Assembly (NCBI GenBank): GCA_014727915.1 | Contig: WJMO01000006.1 | Span: forward strand, 1 to 64,000 | Direction of reading: 5' to 3' | Origin: Candidatus Altiarchaeales archaeon | GTDB lineage: Archaea > Altiarchaeota > Altiarchaeia > IMC4 > SCGC-AAA252-I15 | Length of the DNA stretch: 64,000 bases | In this document: one piece after another, positions 19,111-28,986 of the stretch | Position numbering within the stretch: the first letter of the stretch is position 1 | How the letters are laid out: each line of letters begins with the position of its first letter | The notes under the pieces: model-generated | Databases searched by the model: none | The model's input: the letters and a program-made list of their open reading frames with translations, nothing else | What the model was told of the DNA's origin: nothing | Position numbers and translations under genes: made by a program

Positions 19111-20142
19111 TTGAACATGGACCGGGTCATGGTCTGCGGGTCCGCCACCATCGACATGTTCCTGGACGTGGAGTCAGGTTCTGTGAGCATGCACGCGGGA
19201 GGGTTCGAGACCGACCTCATATGCTTCAGCTCGGGCAGCAAGGTCCAGATCAAGGAGTTGAAGACCCGGATCGGCGGCGGGGGCGTGAACACCGCAGTGG
19301 ACCTGTCCAGGCTGGGGAACAGAGCATCCTACCTGGGAAAGATAGGAGGCGGGCACAACGGGAAGAAGATACGGACGGCGCTGAAGAAGGAGAAGGTAGA
19401 TTTCATAGGAACAAGGGAGTCAAGGGAGGAGTCTGGATTCAGCATAATAGTCAAGAGCGAGGACGGAGACCGGACCATACTCACCTACAAGGGCGCCAAC
19501 AACGGCCTCAAGTGGGGGGACTTCAAGAAAACCGAGCTTAAGGGGGCTGACTGGTTCTACTTCGCTTCCATGGTCGGAGAGTCCTACAAGACCGTCGAAC
19601 AGCTCAGCCAATGGGCGGTGAAGAACAGGAAGAGGATACTCTTCAACCCCTCAAGCTACGTGGTCAGACGGGGCCTCAAGTACATCAGGAAGGTCATGTC
19701 CGTCTCGGACATCTTCGTCGTCAACATGGAGGAGGCTCAGATAACCCTGGGGCTGCCCCCTAACGCGGCCCAGCTCCCGGAGGCGGAGGTGGACAGCATA
19801 CTTAAAAGGCTGCACAAGATCGGGCCCAAGATAGTCGCCATAACAAACGGGGACAAGAGGGCGTACGTCTACGACGGCAGGCACAAGTACACTGCCCTGC
19901 CCTACCCTGCCAAGACCGTGGACACCGCAGGGGCGGGAGACTCGTTCAGCAGCGGATTCCTATCTGCCTACATGAGGGGCGAGGACGTGGAGCGCGCCCT
20001 TAACACGGGCCTCGCATGCGCCCACAGCGTAGTAAACTCGCCTGAGACCTGGCTGCAATTGAGGAGCATGAAGGAGGCGGAGGCCGTCTCCGACGCTTTC
20101 AACAGTAGAGGGCATACTGTGACCAGGCAGCGCCTGATGTGA
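19111..20142 (+). CDS. PfkB/ribokinase-family carbohydrate kinase
   Basis: GGGGVNTA and DTAGAGDSF signatures. Confidence 0.92.
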   Translation: MNMDRVMVCGSATIDMFLDVESGSVSMHAGGFETDLICFSSGSKVQIKELKTRIGGGGVNTAVDLSRLGNRASYLGKIGGGHNGKKIRTALKKEKVDFIGTRESREESGFSIIVKSEDGDRTILTYKGANNGLKWGDFKKTELKGADWFYFASMVGESYKTVEQLSQWAVKNRKRILFNPSSYVVRRGLKYIRKVMSVSDIFVVNMEEAQITLGLPPNAAQLPEAEVDSILKRLHKIGPKIVAITNGDKRAYVYDGRHKYTALPYPAKTVDTAGAGDSFSSGFLSAYMRGEDVERALNTGLACAHSVVNSPETWLQLRSMKEAEAVSDAFNSRGHTVTRQRLM

Positions 20143-20201
20143 ACGCTTAAAAAACCCTCCCGGGTAATAGTATTTTCCAAGTAAACATTGGGGTTTTTGG
20201 A

Positions 20202-21134
20202 ATGGAAGAGGACGTTTTACTCGAGGGTTTTCTGAAGGAGAAGGGCGTTGACGAAGGTTTGGTGGATTTGATATCCGAGGTTGCATCACTTGCGGTACCC
20301 ATAAGGAAGGAGTTCCCGCACAGGACAGGGAAGGCCGGGACCAAGAACAAGTACGGGGAGGAGCAGGTTGCACTGGACGTCTGGGTCAACGACTTCCTCA
20401 CGAAGAAGCTCCTGGATACAGGGGCTGTTAAGACGGTCGTGAGCGAGGAACTGCCCGAGCCGGTTCACAGCAAGGACAAGACAGGCAAGTACACCGTTTC
20501 ACTGGACCCGCTTGACGGGTCCTCAAATGTTAAGTCGAACAACATGTTCGGAACCATCGTGGGAGTTTACAAGAAGGACCTCCCAGGCAAGGGGAGGGAC
20601 CAGGTTGCAGCCTTCTACAAGCTCTACGGGCCCAGCACCACCATCGTCCTGACCACCGGCGACGGAGTGCACGAGTTCGTCAAAGCCCGGAAGGGACACA
20701 GCAACTTCATACTATTGAGGGAGGACGTGGAATTCCCAGAACCGAAGATATACGGGGTCGGCGGCAACCCCGACAAGTGGATACCAGAGTTCGAGGTGTT
20801 CGTCAGGCTTTTGAGGGACAGGGGATTGAAGCTCCGCTACGGAGGAAGCTTCGTGGGCGACTTCAACCAGGTATTGCACCACGGCGGCTTCTTCGGATAC
20901 CCTGCGCTCATGGGCAAGCCCAAGGGCAAGCTACGGCTGGTCTTTGAGGGCTGCCCGATGGCGTTTATAGCCAAGGAGGCGGGGGGCTCGTCATCCTGCG
21001 GGAGCAAGAGCCTCCTGGACATCGAGGCACGGGACATCGACGAGCGGGTGCCTATCTACATAGGCAACGAGGACCTGATAGAGAGTTTGGAGGAGATATT
21101 CGAGGCGTGCAAGGAGGCGCGCGAATACTATTGA
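20202..21134 (+). CDS. fbp: Class I fructose-1,6-bisphosphatase
   Basis: SEE, DPLDGSSN, LRYGGSFVGD and GKLRLVFEG motifs. Confidence 0.95.
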   Translation: MEEDVLLEGFLKEKGVDEGLVDLISEVASLAVPIRKEFPHRTGKAGTKNKYGEEQVALDVWVNDFLTKKLLDTGAVKTVVSEELPEPVHSKDKTGKYTVSLDPLDGSSNVKSNNMFGTIVGVYKKDLPGKGRDQVAAFYKLYGPSTTIVLTTGDGVHEFVKARKGHSNFILLREDVEFPEPKIYGVGGNPDKWIPEFEVFVRLLRDRGLKLRYGGSFVGDFNQVLHHGGFFGYPALMGKPKGKLRLVFEGCPMAFIAKEAGGSSSCGSKSLLDIEARDIDERVPIYIGNEDLIESLEEIFEACKEAREYY

Positions 21135-22162
21135 TGAAGATGAAAGTCGGCATATTGACTGGCGGCGGCGACTGCCCGGGACTCAACGCAGCCATAAGGG
21201 CTGTTGTGCGGAAGGGGATGAAAGACTATGGGATGGAATTCGTCGGAGTCCGCGACGGATGGAAGGGCATGATAGAAGCGGAGTACTTCAAGATCGACAG
21301 GAACATCGTCTCAGGACTGCTTGTGAGGGGTGGCACCATGCTCGGAAGCTCTAGGACGAACCCGATGAAGATGGATGATGGCATCGACAAGGTCAAATCC
21401 GGCTTCGAGAAGATGGGACTGGACGCGTTGATCGCTATAGGGGGGGACGACACATTGGGTGTTGCTGCTAAGATGGCCGAGGCAGGGTTGAAGGTCATCG
21501 GCATACCCAAGACCATAGACAACGACCTTCTGGGAACAGAGCGGACCATCGGGTTCAACACCGCGTTGACGGTCGTGGTGGACGCGATCGACAGGTTGCA
21601 CACAACGGCGGAAAGCCACCACCGGGTGATGATACTGGAGGTGATGGGCCGGCACGCGGGCTGGATAGCGGTGATGGGCGGCATCGCAGGCGGAGCGGAC
21701 CTCATACTCATACCTGAAAAGCCGTTCAAACTGGATGATGTGTGCGACGTGATAAGGAAACGCCACGAGACCAGGAGCTTCACCATCGTCGTCGTCGCGG
21801 AGGGCGCGGTCCCGGAGGGCGGCAGCGAGGTGCTTTCGAGGGGAGAGAAGGACTCTTTCGGCCACGTGGCATTGGGGGGCATAGGCGAATGGCTGAGGAA
21901 GGAGATCAAGGAAAAGCTCGGATTCGACACGAGGGCCACCAAGCTGGGTCATGTCCAAAGGGGCGGCACGCCAACGGTCGCGGACCGGCTGCTTGCAACA
22001 AGGTTCGGGGTTAAGGCCTGCGAGCTCGCGGGCAAAAGCGAGTTCGGCGTGATGGTGGCATTGAAAGGCGACGAGATCGTGCCGGTGCCTCTGTCGGAGG
22101 CCGTGAAAGACAGGGTAGTCGACGACGAATGGTATGGGCTGGCGGAGACGTTCTTCGGGTGA
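21134..22162 (+). CDS. pfp: PfkA-family 6-phosphofructokinase, PPi-dependent signature
   Basis: TGGGDCPGLN, GGDDT, PKTIDND, MGRHAGW and LGHVQRGG; the Asp/Lys residues are those associated with PPi use. ATG overlaps the fbp stop. Confidence 0.85.
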   Translation: MKMKVGILTGGGDCPGLNAAIRAVVRKGMKDYGMEFVGVRDGWKGMIEAEYFKIDRNIVSGLLVRGGTMLGSSRTNPMKMDDGIDKVKSGFEKMGLDALIAIGGDDTLGVAAKMAEAGLKVIGIPKTIDNDLLGTERTIGFNTALTVVVDAIDRLHTTAESHHRVMILEVMGRHAGWIAVMGGIAGGADLILIPEKPFKLDDVCDVIRKRHETRSFTIVVVAEGAVPEGGSEVLSRGEKDSFGHVALGGIGEWLRKEIKEKLGFDTRATKLGHVQRGGTPTVADRLLATRFGVKACELAGKSEFGVMVALKGDEIVPVPLSEAVKDRVVDDEWYGLAETFFG

Positions 22163-22169
22163 ATCAAAG

Positions 22170-23357
22170 ATGGATTTGACAGAAAGTCTTGAGGGCATAG
22201 TACCCGACCCAATCAGGTATTGGGTCAGGGTCTGCAAGGACGCGGGAGCAGTCAATATGTTCACCATCGGCGTCCCGGACCCCATTCCAACTGAGGTCCT
22301 TGAGGTCTATGCTAAGGCGGTCTATGACCAGGAGATGAAGGGAGCAACCGGATATCCGCCCTTCGTCGGCGAGGAGGAGTTCAAGAAGAGTATCATAGAC
22401 ATGGAGGGTAACTTCGGGGCGGAACTTGCCGACGACGACGTTAACAGGATGTACGTCACCGTCGGCGCATCCCAGGGGCTGCAGTTCATATTCTCCATAT
22501 TCAAGCCTGGGAGCGAGGTTCTGGTCAACACCCCCGCGTGGGGGACCATACACAACATGATAGCCCACTCGGGGAACGTCGGAGTCCCAGCCCCCCTGTT
22601 CGAGGAGGGAAGGTTCGTCGTTGAGAACGCGGAGAAGGCACTGACGGAGAAGACCCAGGCAGTGTATGTCAACTTCCCGGCGAACCCCAGCGGGGAATTG
22701 GTGGCGGAGTCGGAGATAAAGAAGATGTGCGGGTGGGCGGTCGCCGAGAACCTGCAGATAGTAAGCGACGAACCCTACAAGTACACCATATTCGACCGCA
22801 AGAAGACACCCTATAAGTCTCCCGTTTCCTTCGGCTCGGACATCAACGCCAACGTCAGCCTGCTGTCGTCGTTCTCGAAGATCGTGAAACCCGACGTCAG
22901 GATGGGATTCATAAGGGTCTCCCCGAGCATAATGGCCGCGCATGAGATGGTGGGGTTCTACTTCAGGAACCTGAGCGCCGGCGCGTCCAGGGGGCTTCAG
23001 GCAGGGCTGAGGGCGATGATAGATGGCGACCCGAAGCTAGGCTTCCTTAAGTCTGTCGTGGAAGGCTACAGGGTCAAAAGCGAACTGACACAGAAGCGCC
23101 TGGGAGAGTGGGGGTGCGAGTTCCCCTACAAGCCGGCCGGGACTTATATGCTGTTCCCAACCACCCCCGACGGGAGCGACGCGGAAGAATGGGTGAAGAA
23201 GACCGCCACGGAGAAGAAATGCGGGTTCATACCCGGCACGTCATTCGGCGGAAGCTACCCCGGCTTCGAACACCTGAAAAAACACTTCAGAATGGGAGTC
23301 GGCGGCGGGCTCACACTCGAAAAGCTCGAAACCGTGCTGGACGAGCTAGTGGGTTGA
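22170..23357 (+). CDS. PLP-dependent class I/II aminotransferase
   Basis: NFPANPSG, SDEPY and SFSK...RMG motifs. Confidence 0.9.
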   Translation: MDLTESLEGIVPDPIRYWVRVCKDAGAVNMFTIGVPDPIPTEVLEVYAKAVYDQEMKGATGYPPFVGEEEFKKSIIDMEGNFGAELADDDVNRMYVTVGASQGLQFIFSIFKPGSEVLVNTPAWGTIHNMIAHSGNVGVPAPLFEEGRFVVENAEKALTEKTQAVYVNFPANPSGELVAESEIKKMCGWAVAENLQIVSDEPYKYTIFDRKKTPYKSPVSFGSDINANVSLLSSFSKIVKPDVRMGFIRVSPSIMAAHEMVGFYFRNLSAGASRGLQAGLRAMIDGDPKLGFLKSVVEGYRVKSELTQKRLGEWGCEFPYKPAGTYMLFPTTPDGSDAEEWVKKTATEKKCGFIPGTSFGGSYPGFEHLKKHFRMGVGGGLTLEKLETVLDELVG

Positions 23358-23417
23358 AGGCCGGGTATATCCCTGGCTGAGCCCCCTTTTATACTCGTTT
23401 TCATATTTTTTGCTACA

Positions 23418-24536
23418 ATGGACTTTACTAAGCCTGTTCAAGGTCAGGATATGGTCAACGCTTTGGCTGGGGAGAAGTGTATCGTCATGGCTGCCAACAT
23501 CAGGGTAACGCACAGCGCCCGGGGCATTATGATGGCTGCGAAGGAGTTGGACGCTGCGGTGATGTTCGAGATCGCCAAGTCAGAGATCGGGTATACGGCG
23601 CAGCCTCCCAAGGCCTTCTACGACATGATAGTGAAGACCGCGGAGGAGCTGGAGTTCAACCAGCCTTATGTGATACACGGAGACCACATAACCATCAAGG
23701 AGAACACAGCCGAGGCCGTTGGCGCGGGGGAGCAGCTGATAAAGGACGAGATCGCAGCCGGGTTCACCTCGTTCGCGATCGACGCGAGCCACAACTTCAA
23801 CATCGAAGGGAAGACCGTGGCGGAGCAGCTGGCGGACAACATCGAGATCACCACGAAGCTAGCCGCCCTAATACCCGAGACGGCCGGATTGGAGGTGGAG
23901 GTCGGCGAGGTGGGGAAGGTCGACCCGAAGACGGGCGAGAAAGCCCTCACAAGCGTCGAGGAGGCTGAGACGTTCATAAAGGCCATAAGGGACGCCGGGT
24001 TCAGCCCCAACCTATTGGCTACGAACAACGGAACCACCCACGGGAACATCTACGACAAGGAAGGCAACATCGTGGAGCAGGTGGGCATCGACATAGACCG
24101 CACCAAGGCAATCGCGGATGCTATCGCAGCACATGGCGTGTACGTGGCACAGCACGGGATAACCGGCACCCCATTGAACCTCATGCACCTGCTCATCGAC
24201 GCAGGAGTGTTCAAGGGCAACGTGGGCACCAACTGGCAGAACATCGCGTTGGATACGATGCCCTCCGACCTCGTTAAGAGCATGGAGGAGTGGACGCTCA
24301 CAAGCAAGCACGCCGAGAAGATGAAGGCCAAGAAGCCCGGGATAAGCGAGAAGGAGCTCATCGGCAAGAACATAAAGCACAGCATCAAAGAGTTCAAAGA
24401 GGAGATAGACTCCCTCCCAGCAGAGGATGTTGAGAAGATAGACGAGGCGAGCAAGAAGAGCGCCATAGGTTTCTTCAAGGCTTTCAACGCCCAGGGAACG
24501 GCGGGCAAGGTGAAGGCGTTCATCGAAGGCAAGTGA
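23418..24536 (+). CDS. fba: Class II fructose-bisphosphate aldolase
   Basis: IHGDH, IDAS, EVEVGEVG, NGTTHG, QHGITG and KGNVGT motifs. Confidence 0.92.
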   Translation: MDFTKPVQGQDMVNALAGEKCIVMAANIRVTHSARGIMMAAKELDAAVMFEIAKSEIGYTAQPPKAFYDMIVKTAEELEFNQPYVIHGDHITIKENTAEAVGAGEQLIKDEIAAGFTSFAIDASHNFNIEGKTVAEQLADNIEITTKLAALIPETAGLEVEVGEVGKVDPKTGEKALTSVEEAETFIKAIRDAGFSPNLLATNNGTTHGNIYDKEGNIVEQVGIDIDRTKAIADAIAAHGVYVAQHGITGTPLNLMHLLIDAGVFKGNVGTNWQNIALDTMPSDLVKSMEEWTLTSKHAEKMKAKKPGISEKELIGKNIKHSIKEFKEEIDSLPAEDVEKIDEASKKSAIGFFKAFNAQGTAGKVKAFIEGK

Positions 24537-25153
24537 TGACCTGCGTTAGCTTCGCCCTGTTGGACAAGGCAGATGACGGGATGGAGAGGAGGATCGGGGA
24601 GAACAAGCTCCTCCAAGACCACCTCATAGGCCGGGAGGGTTCGGATTTCCTGCTGGCCACGAGCGAAGAAACTGTAATGTTCGAGGGTGTGAAAACCCTG
24701 CAGATGAGATTGGACGAGCGGAAGAGCGAGGACCTGACCATCATCGTCTCAGAAGGTGATGTCGACTATAGCATGCACTCATACCACGCATACGCCGACC
24801 CCTTCAACACCCCCGGGCTGGTGGAAGACCACCGCATAGGTGACGGCTTCATCTTCAAGGCGGATAGGACATATGACAGCCCCGAGGACAACCTGAGGCT
24901 CCTGAGGGCCATAAAGTCAGGGGAAAAGGTCAGGGGGGTATACCGAAAGGACGGCATCGTATCCGCTCTGATGGACTCCAGGACCTTCATGGCACGCACG
25001 GGGCCGTTCCACCCCACAGTCGAAGACCTGCTTAAACCCTTCAAGGCAAGGGGCAAAGGCGGTGTTAAAGCCCATTTGATAGCATTTAACGTGAAAAAGG
25101 GAAAGATAACGGTTGACAACACCTTCAAACCCAAGACCGTGAAGGTCAGGTGA
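24533..25153 (+). CDS. Hypothetical protein
   Basis: Overlaps the neighbouring genes by 4 nt at both ends, with typical codon usage; no recognised motif. Confidence 0.65.
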   Translation: MMTCVSFALLDKADDGMERRIGENKLLQDHLIGREGSDFLLATSEETVMFEGVKTLQMRLDERKSEDLTIIVSEGDVDYSMHSYHAYADPFNTPGLVEDHRIGDGFIFKADRTYDSPEDNLRLLRAIKSGEKVRGVYRKDGIVSALMDSRTFMARTGPFHPTVEDLLKPFKARGKGGVKAHLIAFNVKKGKITVDNTFKPKTVKVR

Positions 25154-25833
25154 GATACATGAAGTATGCTTTGGTTTTTTTGTTGGTCCTTGCCTCTGCT
25201 GGTTGCATCAGACAAGGTGGCGGGGGGAGCCCTACCACCACATTGGGTGAGCCTGCTCCGACGACTCCCACGGTTGAGATGGTGTCCGACACCACCGCGA
25301 CCACTTCGACCACCTTGGAGGAGGTTGAGGAACCCGACCCGACCACCACAACGTTGAGGGTTGACGCCAGCAACCTCTCAGCCTGCATGGGGGTGTCAGA
25401 CCTTCCGAGCAGGGACGAGTGCCTGTACCAGCTGGCCGCCAGGACCAAGAACACCGAGGTCTGCGGGAGGATAGACGACAGTAATAAGGGGCTGAAGTGC
25501 AGGGCTATGCTGGAGAACGACCCCGGGTTATGCAAGAGGGTGGATGTGTTGGAGGACCGGGACTGGTGCTACCGCATGATGGCGTTCAAGTGGAATGACA
25601 TAGGATACTGTGACATGATACGAACTCAGCAGATAAAGGACAAGTGCGCCTTCGACTACGTGAAGGACAAGAAGCCGGACCCTTACAGGTGCTTCCAGAT
25701 GATCGACGCGCGGCTGAGGGACGAGTGCATCCTCCTCCATGTGGGATTGGACAGGATAAACCCGAGGCTGTGCCATCTGATAACGGACCCTGAGCTGGAA
25801 TTGGAGTGCAACCAGACATACATACACGGCTAA
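25150..25833 (+). CDS. Cys-repeat surface lipoprotein with Thr-rich linker
   Basis: Lipobox-like ASAGC, Thr/Pro-rich stalk, six C-x11-C units (e.g. CKRVDVLEDRDWC). Confidence 0.75.
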   Translation: MRYMKYALVFLLVLASAGCIRQGGGGSPTTTLGEPAPTTPTVEMVSDTTATTSTTLEEVEEPDPTTTTLRVDASNLSACMGVSDLPSRDECLYQLAARTKNTEVCGRIDDSNKGLKCRAMLENDPGLCKRVDVLEDRDWCYRMMAFKWNDIGYCDMIRTQQIKDKCAFDYVKDKKPDPYRCFQMIDARLRDECILLHVGLDRINPRLCHLITDPELELECNQTYIHG

Positions 25834-26786
25834 CGAGCCTCAAACCATCTTATGAAAGCGTATTCTCCTGCTAGGAATCCTGTGAACAATAATGCTAGGC
25901 CACTGGCGTTAACCGCATCCGCAACGCCCGCAACAGATGGGGCGAAGATGAACAGGGCATGTGCTGTGACATATATTTGAAGCGCATGACGCCCGAAGAC
26001 TGCCAACAATGCAGAGGACCGGGAAGAACGCTCCAGCAGCAGGAGCAGGTAGGTCATCGAAGCCAGGGCGAAGAACAAGTACGGCGGAGAGTTCACGGAA
26101 AAGGAGAGGGGATAAAAGAGTAGCAGCAAAAGAGAAGACAAGAGTAGAGCATGGGCAGCGTATGCCAGCCTGCCGCTGAAGACATACAGTCCATGAGAGT
26201 ACAAACCCATCCCCAAACCGACCATGAAGTATACCATCGACTCCCCAAGCGGATACTCGCCCGATGCCATGATCCAATCCAACAAGCAATGGGGGTTGGC
26301 CTCAAGCCATGGACTGGCCAGGGAATACAACACCAGAACAGCCAAGGTGAGAGGGTAAGCGAACCTGCTCCCGCTGACATAGACCAGCGAAACCAGGAGT
26401 ATCGAAAACCCGATTGTATGCAGAACGTTCAGGTGGGAGAGTCCAACAGACCTCAGGAAGTTCACAATGAAGCCCAAAAACATCAGATACATCACACGCC
26501 GTAGCACATGCCCGAGAAACCCTGTCTTGCCGGAGGAGGGTATCCTCTTCCTCCCGGACAGGTATAGGGAGTATCCGGCGACCGTGAAGAACAAAGGCGC
26601 CGCAAGCCGTGATACCAGCAGAGAATAGGCACATGAAAGCCCGCATGCGCCCTGGGAGAGCAGGGGAGAGACGCTGCCGTCACCTAGAAAATGCACGAGC
26701 ATCAGCAGGACAGCCAAGCCCCTCAGAGAATCCACCAAAAGGATCCTGTCCCGTGAACCCCCTCCCATAGCAGATACTGTGAACAC
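25830..26786 (-). CDS. DUF1624/HGSNAT-like membrane acyltransferase
   Basis: RILLVDSLRGLAVLLMLVH, APLFFTVAG and LHTIG motifs; multi-TM. Confidence 0.8.
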   Translation of the reverse strand: MFTVSAMGGGSRDRILLVDSLRGLAVLLMLVHFLGDGSVSPLLSQGACGLSCAYSLLVSRLAAPLFFTVAGYSLYLSGRKRIPSSGKTGFLGHVLRRVMYLMFLGFIVNFLRSVGLSHLNVLHTIGFSILLVSLVYVSGSRFAYPLTLAVLVLYSLASPWLEANPHCLLDWIMASGEYPLGESMVYFMVGLGMGLYSHGLYVFSGRLAYAAHALLLSSLLLLLFYPLSFSVNSPPYLFFALASMTYLLLLLERSSRSSALLAVFGRHALQIYVTAHALFIFAPSVAGVADAVNASGLALLFTGFLAGEYAFIRWFEAR

Positions 26787-26864
26787 ACGATTATATGCGG
26801 AAAATACAGTTTTCCAATGCTCTAGCCGGTTTTTTAATCTACTCTAGGAACAGGAGTTTATTGG

Positions 26865-27995
26865 ATGGACATCGTAGAGAAGGTTAGGGTCCTGGGTGAC
26901 GCTGGGAAATGGGACACATGCGCGAGCACCGCCTCCCCGAGGAAGGAGATTGGCGGAGATAGGATAGGGAACGCCGCCGCGGGCGGCATATGCCACAGCT
27001 TCACAGAGGACGGCAGGTGCGTCTCCCTCTTCAAGACACTGTACACGAACAAGTGCAGCATGGACTGCCGGTACTGCCAGAACAGCACCCACTGCCCTGA
27101 CAGGACCCACGTGGAATACGACCCCGAAGAGCTTGCCAAAGTCTTCATGCACTTATACACGGGCAACTACGTGGAAGGCCTGTTCCTCTCATCGGGGATA
27201 GCAGGGGACCCGGACACGACAACCGAGAAGATGCTCGAAGCAGCCCACCTCGTCAGGGACAGGTACAACTTCCGCGGATACCTCCACTTCAAGATACTCC
27301 CAGGGACGAACAGGGATTATGTGAAGCAGGCGGGCGGGATATCGGACCGGCTGTCCATAAACCTGGAAGCCCCAGGAAGATCCAGGCTGTCGGAGATAAG
27401 CCAGGTGAAGGACTACAACAACGACATACTCCGGCGGCAGCGTTGGATCAAGAAGGTCAAACCACCGTCCGGGCAGACGACACAGTTGGTTGTGGGAGGG
27501 TCGGGGGAGACGGACCGGGAGATACTGGAAACCGCAGACTGGGAGTACCGTAAGGTCGACTTGAAGAGGGTCTACTACAGCGCCTTCACACCCATCGAAA
27601 AGACGCCCCTTGAAGGCTCGGACAGGACGCCGTTGGAGCGGGAGCACCGGCTATACAACGTGGACTTCATGCTAAGGAGATACAACATACCCTTGAAGGA
27701 GTTCAAAGAGGTCATGGTAGACGACAACCTGCCCAACGGGGACCCGAAGCTCCACCTGGCCCGCAACTACTTCGACAGACCAGTAGACGTGAACACCGCA
27801 ACATATGACGAGCTCATACGCGTGCCGGGGATAGGTCCGAGGAGCGTCCAGCGGATAATGGACATACGAGGCAGGAAAGCGGTTATAAGCAAGCGCAGCC
27901 AGCTGAAGTCCATCGGGGTGGTGTTGAAGCGCGCGGAACCGTTCCTCAGCATAAGCGGTCACAGCCAGAAGAGGATGATAGAATGGGTGACGTGA
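26865..27995 (+). CDS. Putative DNA modification/repair radical SAM protein (TIGR03916-like) with HhH domain
   Basis: GICHSFTEDGRCVSLFKTL, CSMDCRYC, GLFLSSG, REHRLY and RVPGIG (HhH). Confidence 0.9.
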   Translation: MDIVEKVRVLGDAGKWDTCASTASPRKEIGGDRIGNAAAGGICHSFTEDGRCVSLFKTLYTNKCSMDCRYCQNSTHCPDRTHVEYDPEELAKVFMHLYTGNYVEGLFLSSGIAGDPDTTTEKMLEAAHLVRDRYNFRGYLHFKILPGTNRDYVKQAGGISDRLSINLEAPGRSRLSEISQVKDYNNDILRRQRWIKKVKPPSGQTTQLVVGGSGETDREILETADWEYRKVDLKRVYYSAFTPIEKTPLEGSDRTPLEREHRLYNVDFMLRRYNIPLKEFKEVMVDDNLPNGDPKLHLARNYFDRPVDVNTATYDELIRVPGIGPRSVQRIMDIRGRKAVISKRSQLKSIGVVLKRAEPFLSISGHSQKRMIEWVT

Positions 27996-28576
27996 GAGAA
28001 CGGTTCGACCTTGTGGACCGGCATAGGAGATACGACCGCCGACTGTATGAGAAAGTGATGTCCCAGGACCCCCGGCTGGTATTGAACTACGCGACGCCAG
28101 AGGCCAAGAGACTCTACAGGATGCAACGGAACGTCCTATGCAGCCTCCACCTTAAGAAGGGGTTCATGCGACTGGAACGATCCAAACATGGCATACTATA
28201 CGCTAAGACAAGGTTGGAGCACCGAGTCGCAGACCTCCTACTGTCACACTTCCACAACAGGTTCCCCACCTTCCACATCGCGATAGAGGACGGGAGCATG
28301 ACATATGCCATCAGCCCCAGCGGCAGGATGACAGAGCACACCCTGCCCGTCGAGGAGGTTGTCAGGCGGTTGGAATCTAAGCTGCCAGTCGACCCACTGT
28401 TAGAGGGTCTTGAATTCGACGGCCGCCTCTGGGAGGGATTCTACGACTCACAGTACATCAGCGAACGCAGGAACATCAAACTCATGAACAAGATGATGCC
28501 GTTGAAGCACCGGGACAAGAACGCCATGGAAACACGCAAGGCAAAAGGAGGCCATAGAATAACAGACTACATCTGA
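27983..28576 (+). CDS. DUF4130/TIGR03915-like DNA metabolism partner protein
   Basis: H..KGFMR, HFHNRFP, LWEGFYDS..ISERRN.KL..KMMP motifs; coupled to the radical SAM gene. Confidence 0.8.
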   Translation: MGDVRERFDLVDRHRRYDRRLYEKVMSQDPRLVLNYATPEAKRLYRMQRNVLCSLHLKKGFMRLERSKHGILYAKTRLEHRVADLLLSHFHNRFPTFHIAIEDGSMTYAISPSGRMTEHTLPVEEVVRRLESKLPVDPLLEGLEFDGRLWEGFYDSQYISERRNIKLMNKMMPLKHRDKNAMETRKAKGGHRITDYI

Positions 28577-28968
28577 CCAACCACGCTGACCCACACCTTC
28601 CGTTTCCTGGGTCCGTCGAATTCGCACAGGAATATCCTCTGCCAGGCGCCCAGTTTCAGCATGCCCCCCGCGACCAATACCGTTGAGCTGCAGCCTAATA
28701 GGCTGGACTTCACATGGGCAGGGCTGTTACCCTCCGAGTGCTCGAAGCCGACATCCTTCACTATGTCGCCAAGACTTTTGATCATGTCGGCTTGGACGTC
28801 CGGGTCGGCGCCCTCGTTAACCGTGACTGCGGCGGTGGTGTGCGGGCAGTAGATGACGCACAACCCATCCTTGACTCCCGACTTGGAGACCATCTCCTGC
28901 ACCTCAGAGGTTATGTCAACCAACCCCTCCTTTGAACCTGTCTTGGCCTGGAACTCCATAGGAACCAA
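28567..28968 (-). CDS. YjbQ/UPF0047 family protein
   Basis: PHTTAAVTVNE, GNSPAHVKSS and LGAWQRIFLCEFDGPR. Confidence 0.92.
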   Translation of the reverse strand: MVPMEFQAKTGSKEGLVDITSEVQEMVSKSGVKDGLCVIYCPHTTAAVTVNEGADPDVQADMIKSLGDIVKDVGFEHSEGNSPAHVKSSLLGCSSTVLVAGGMLKLGAWQRIFLCEFDGPRKRKVWVSVVGQM

Positions 28969-28986
28969 TTAGGGCAGACAAGGTAT

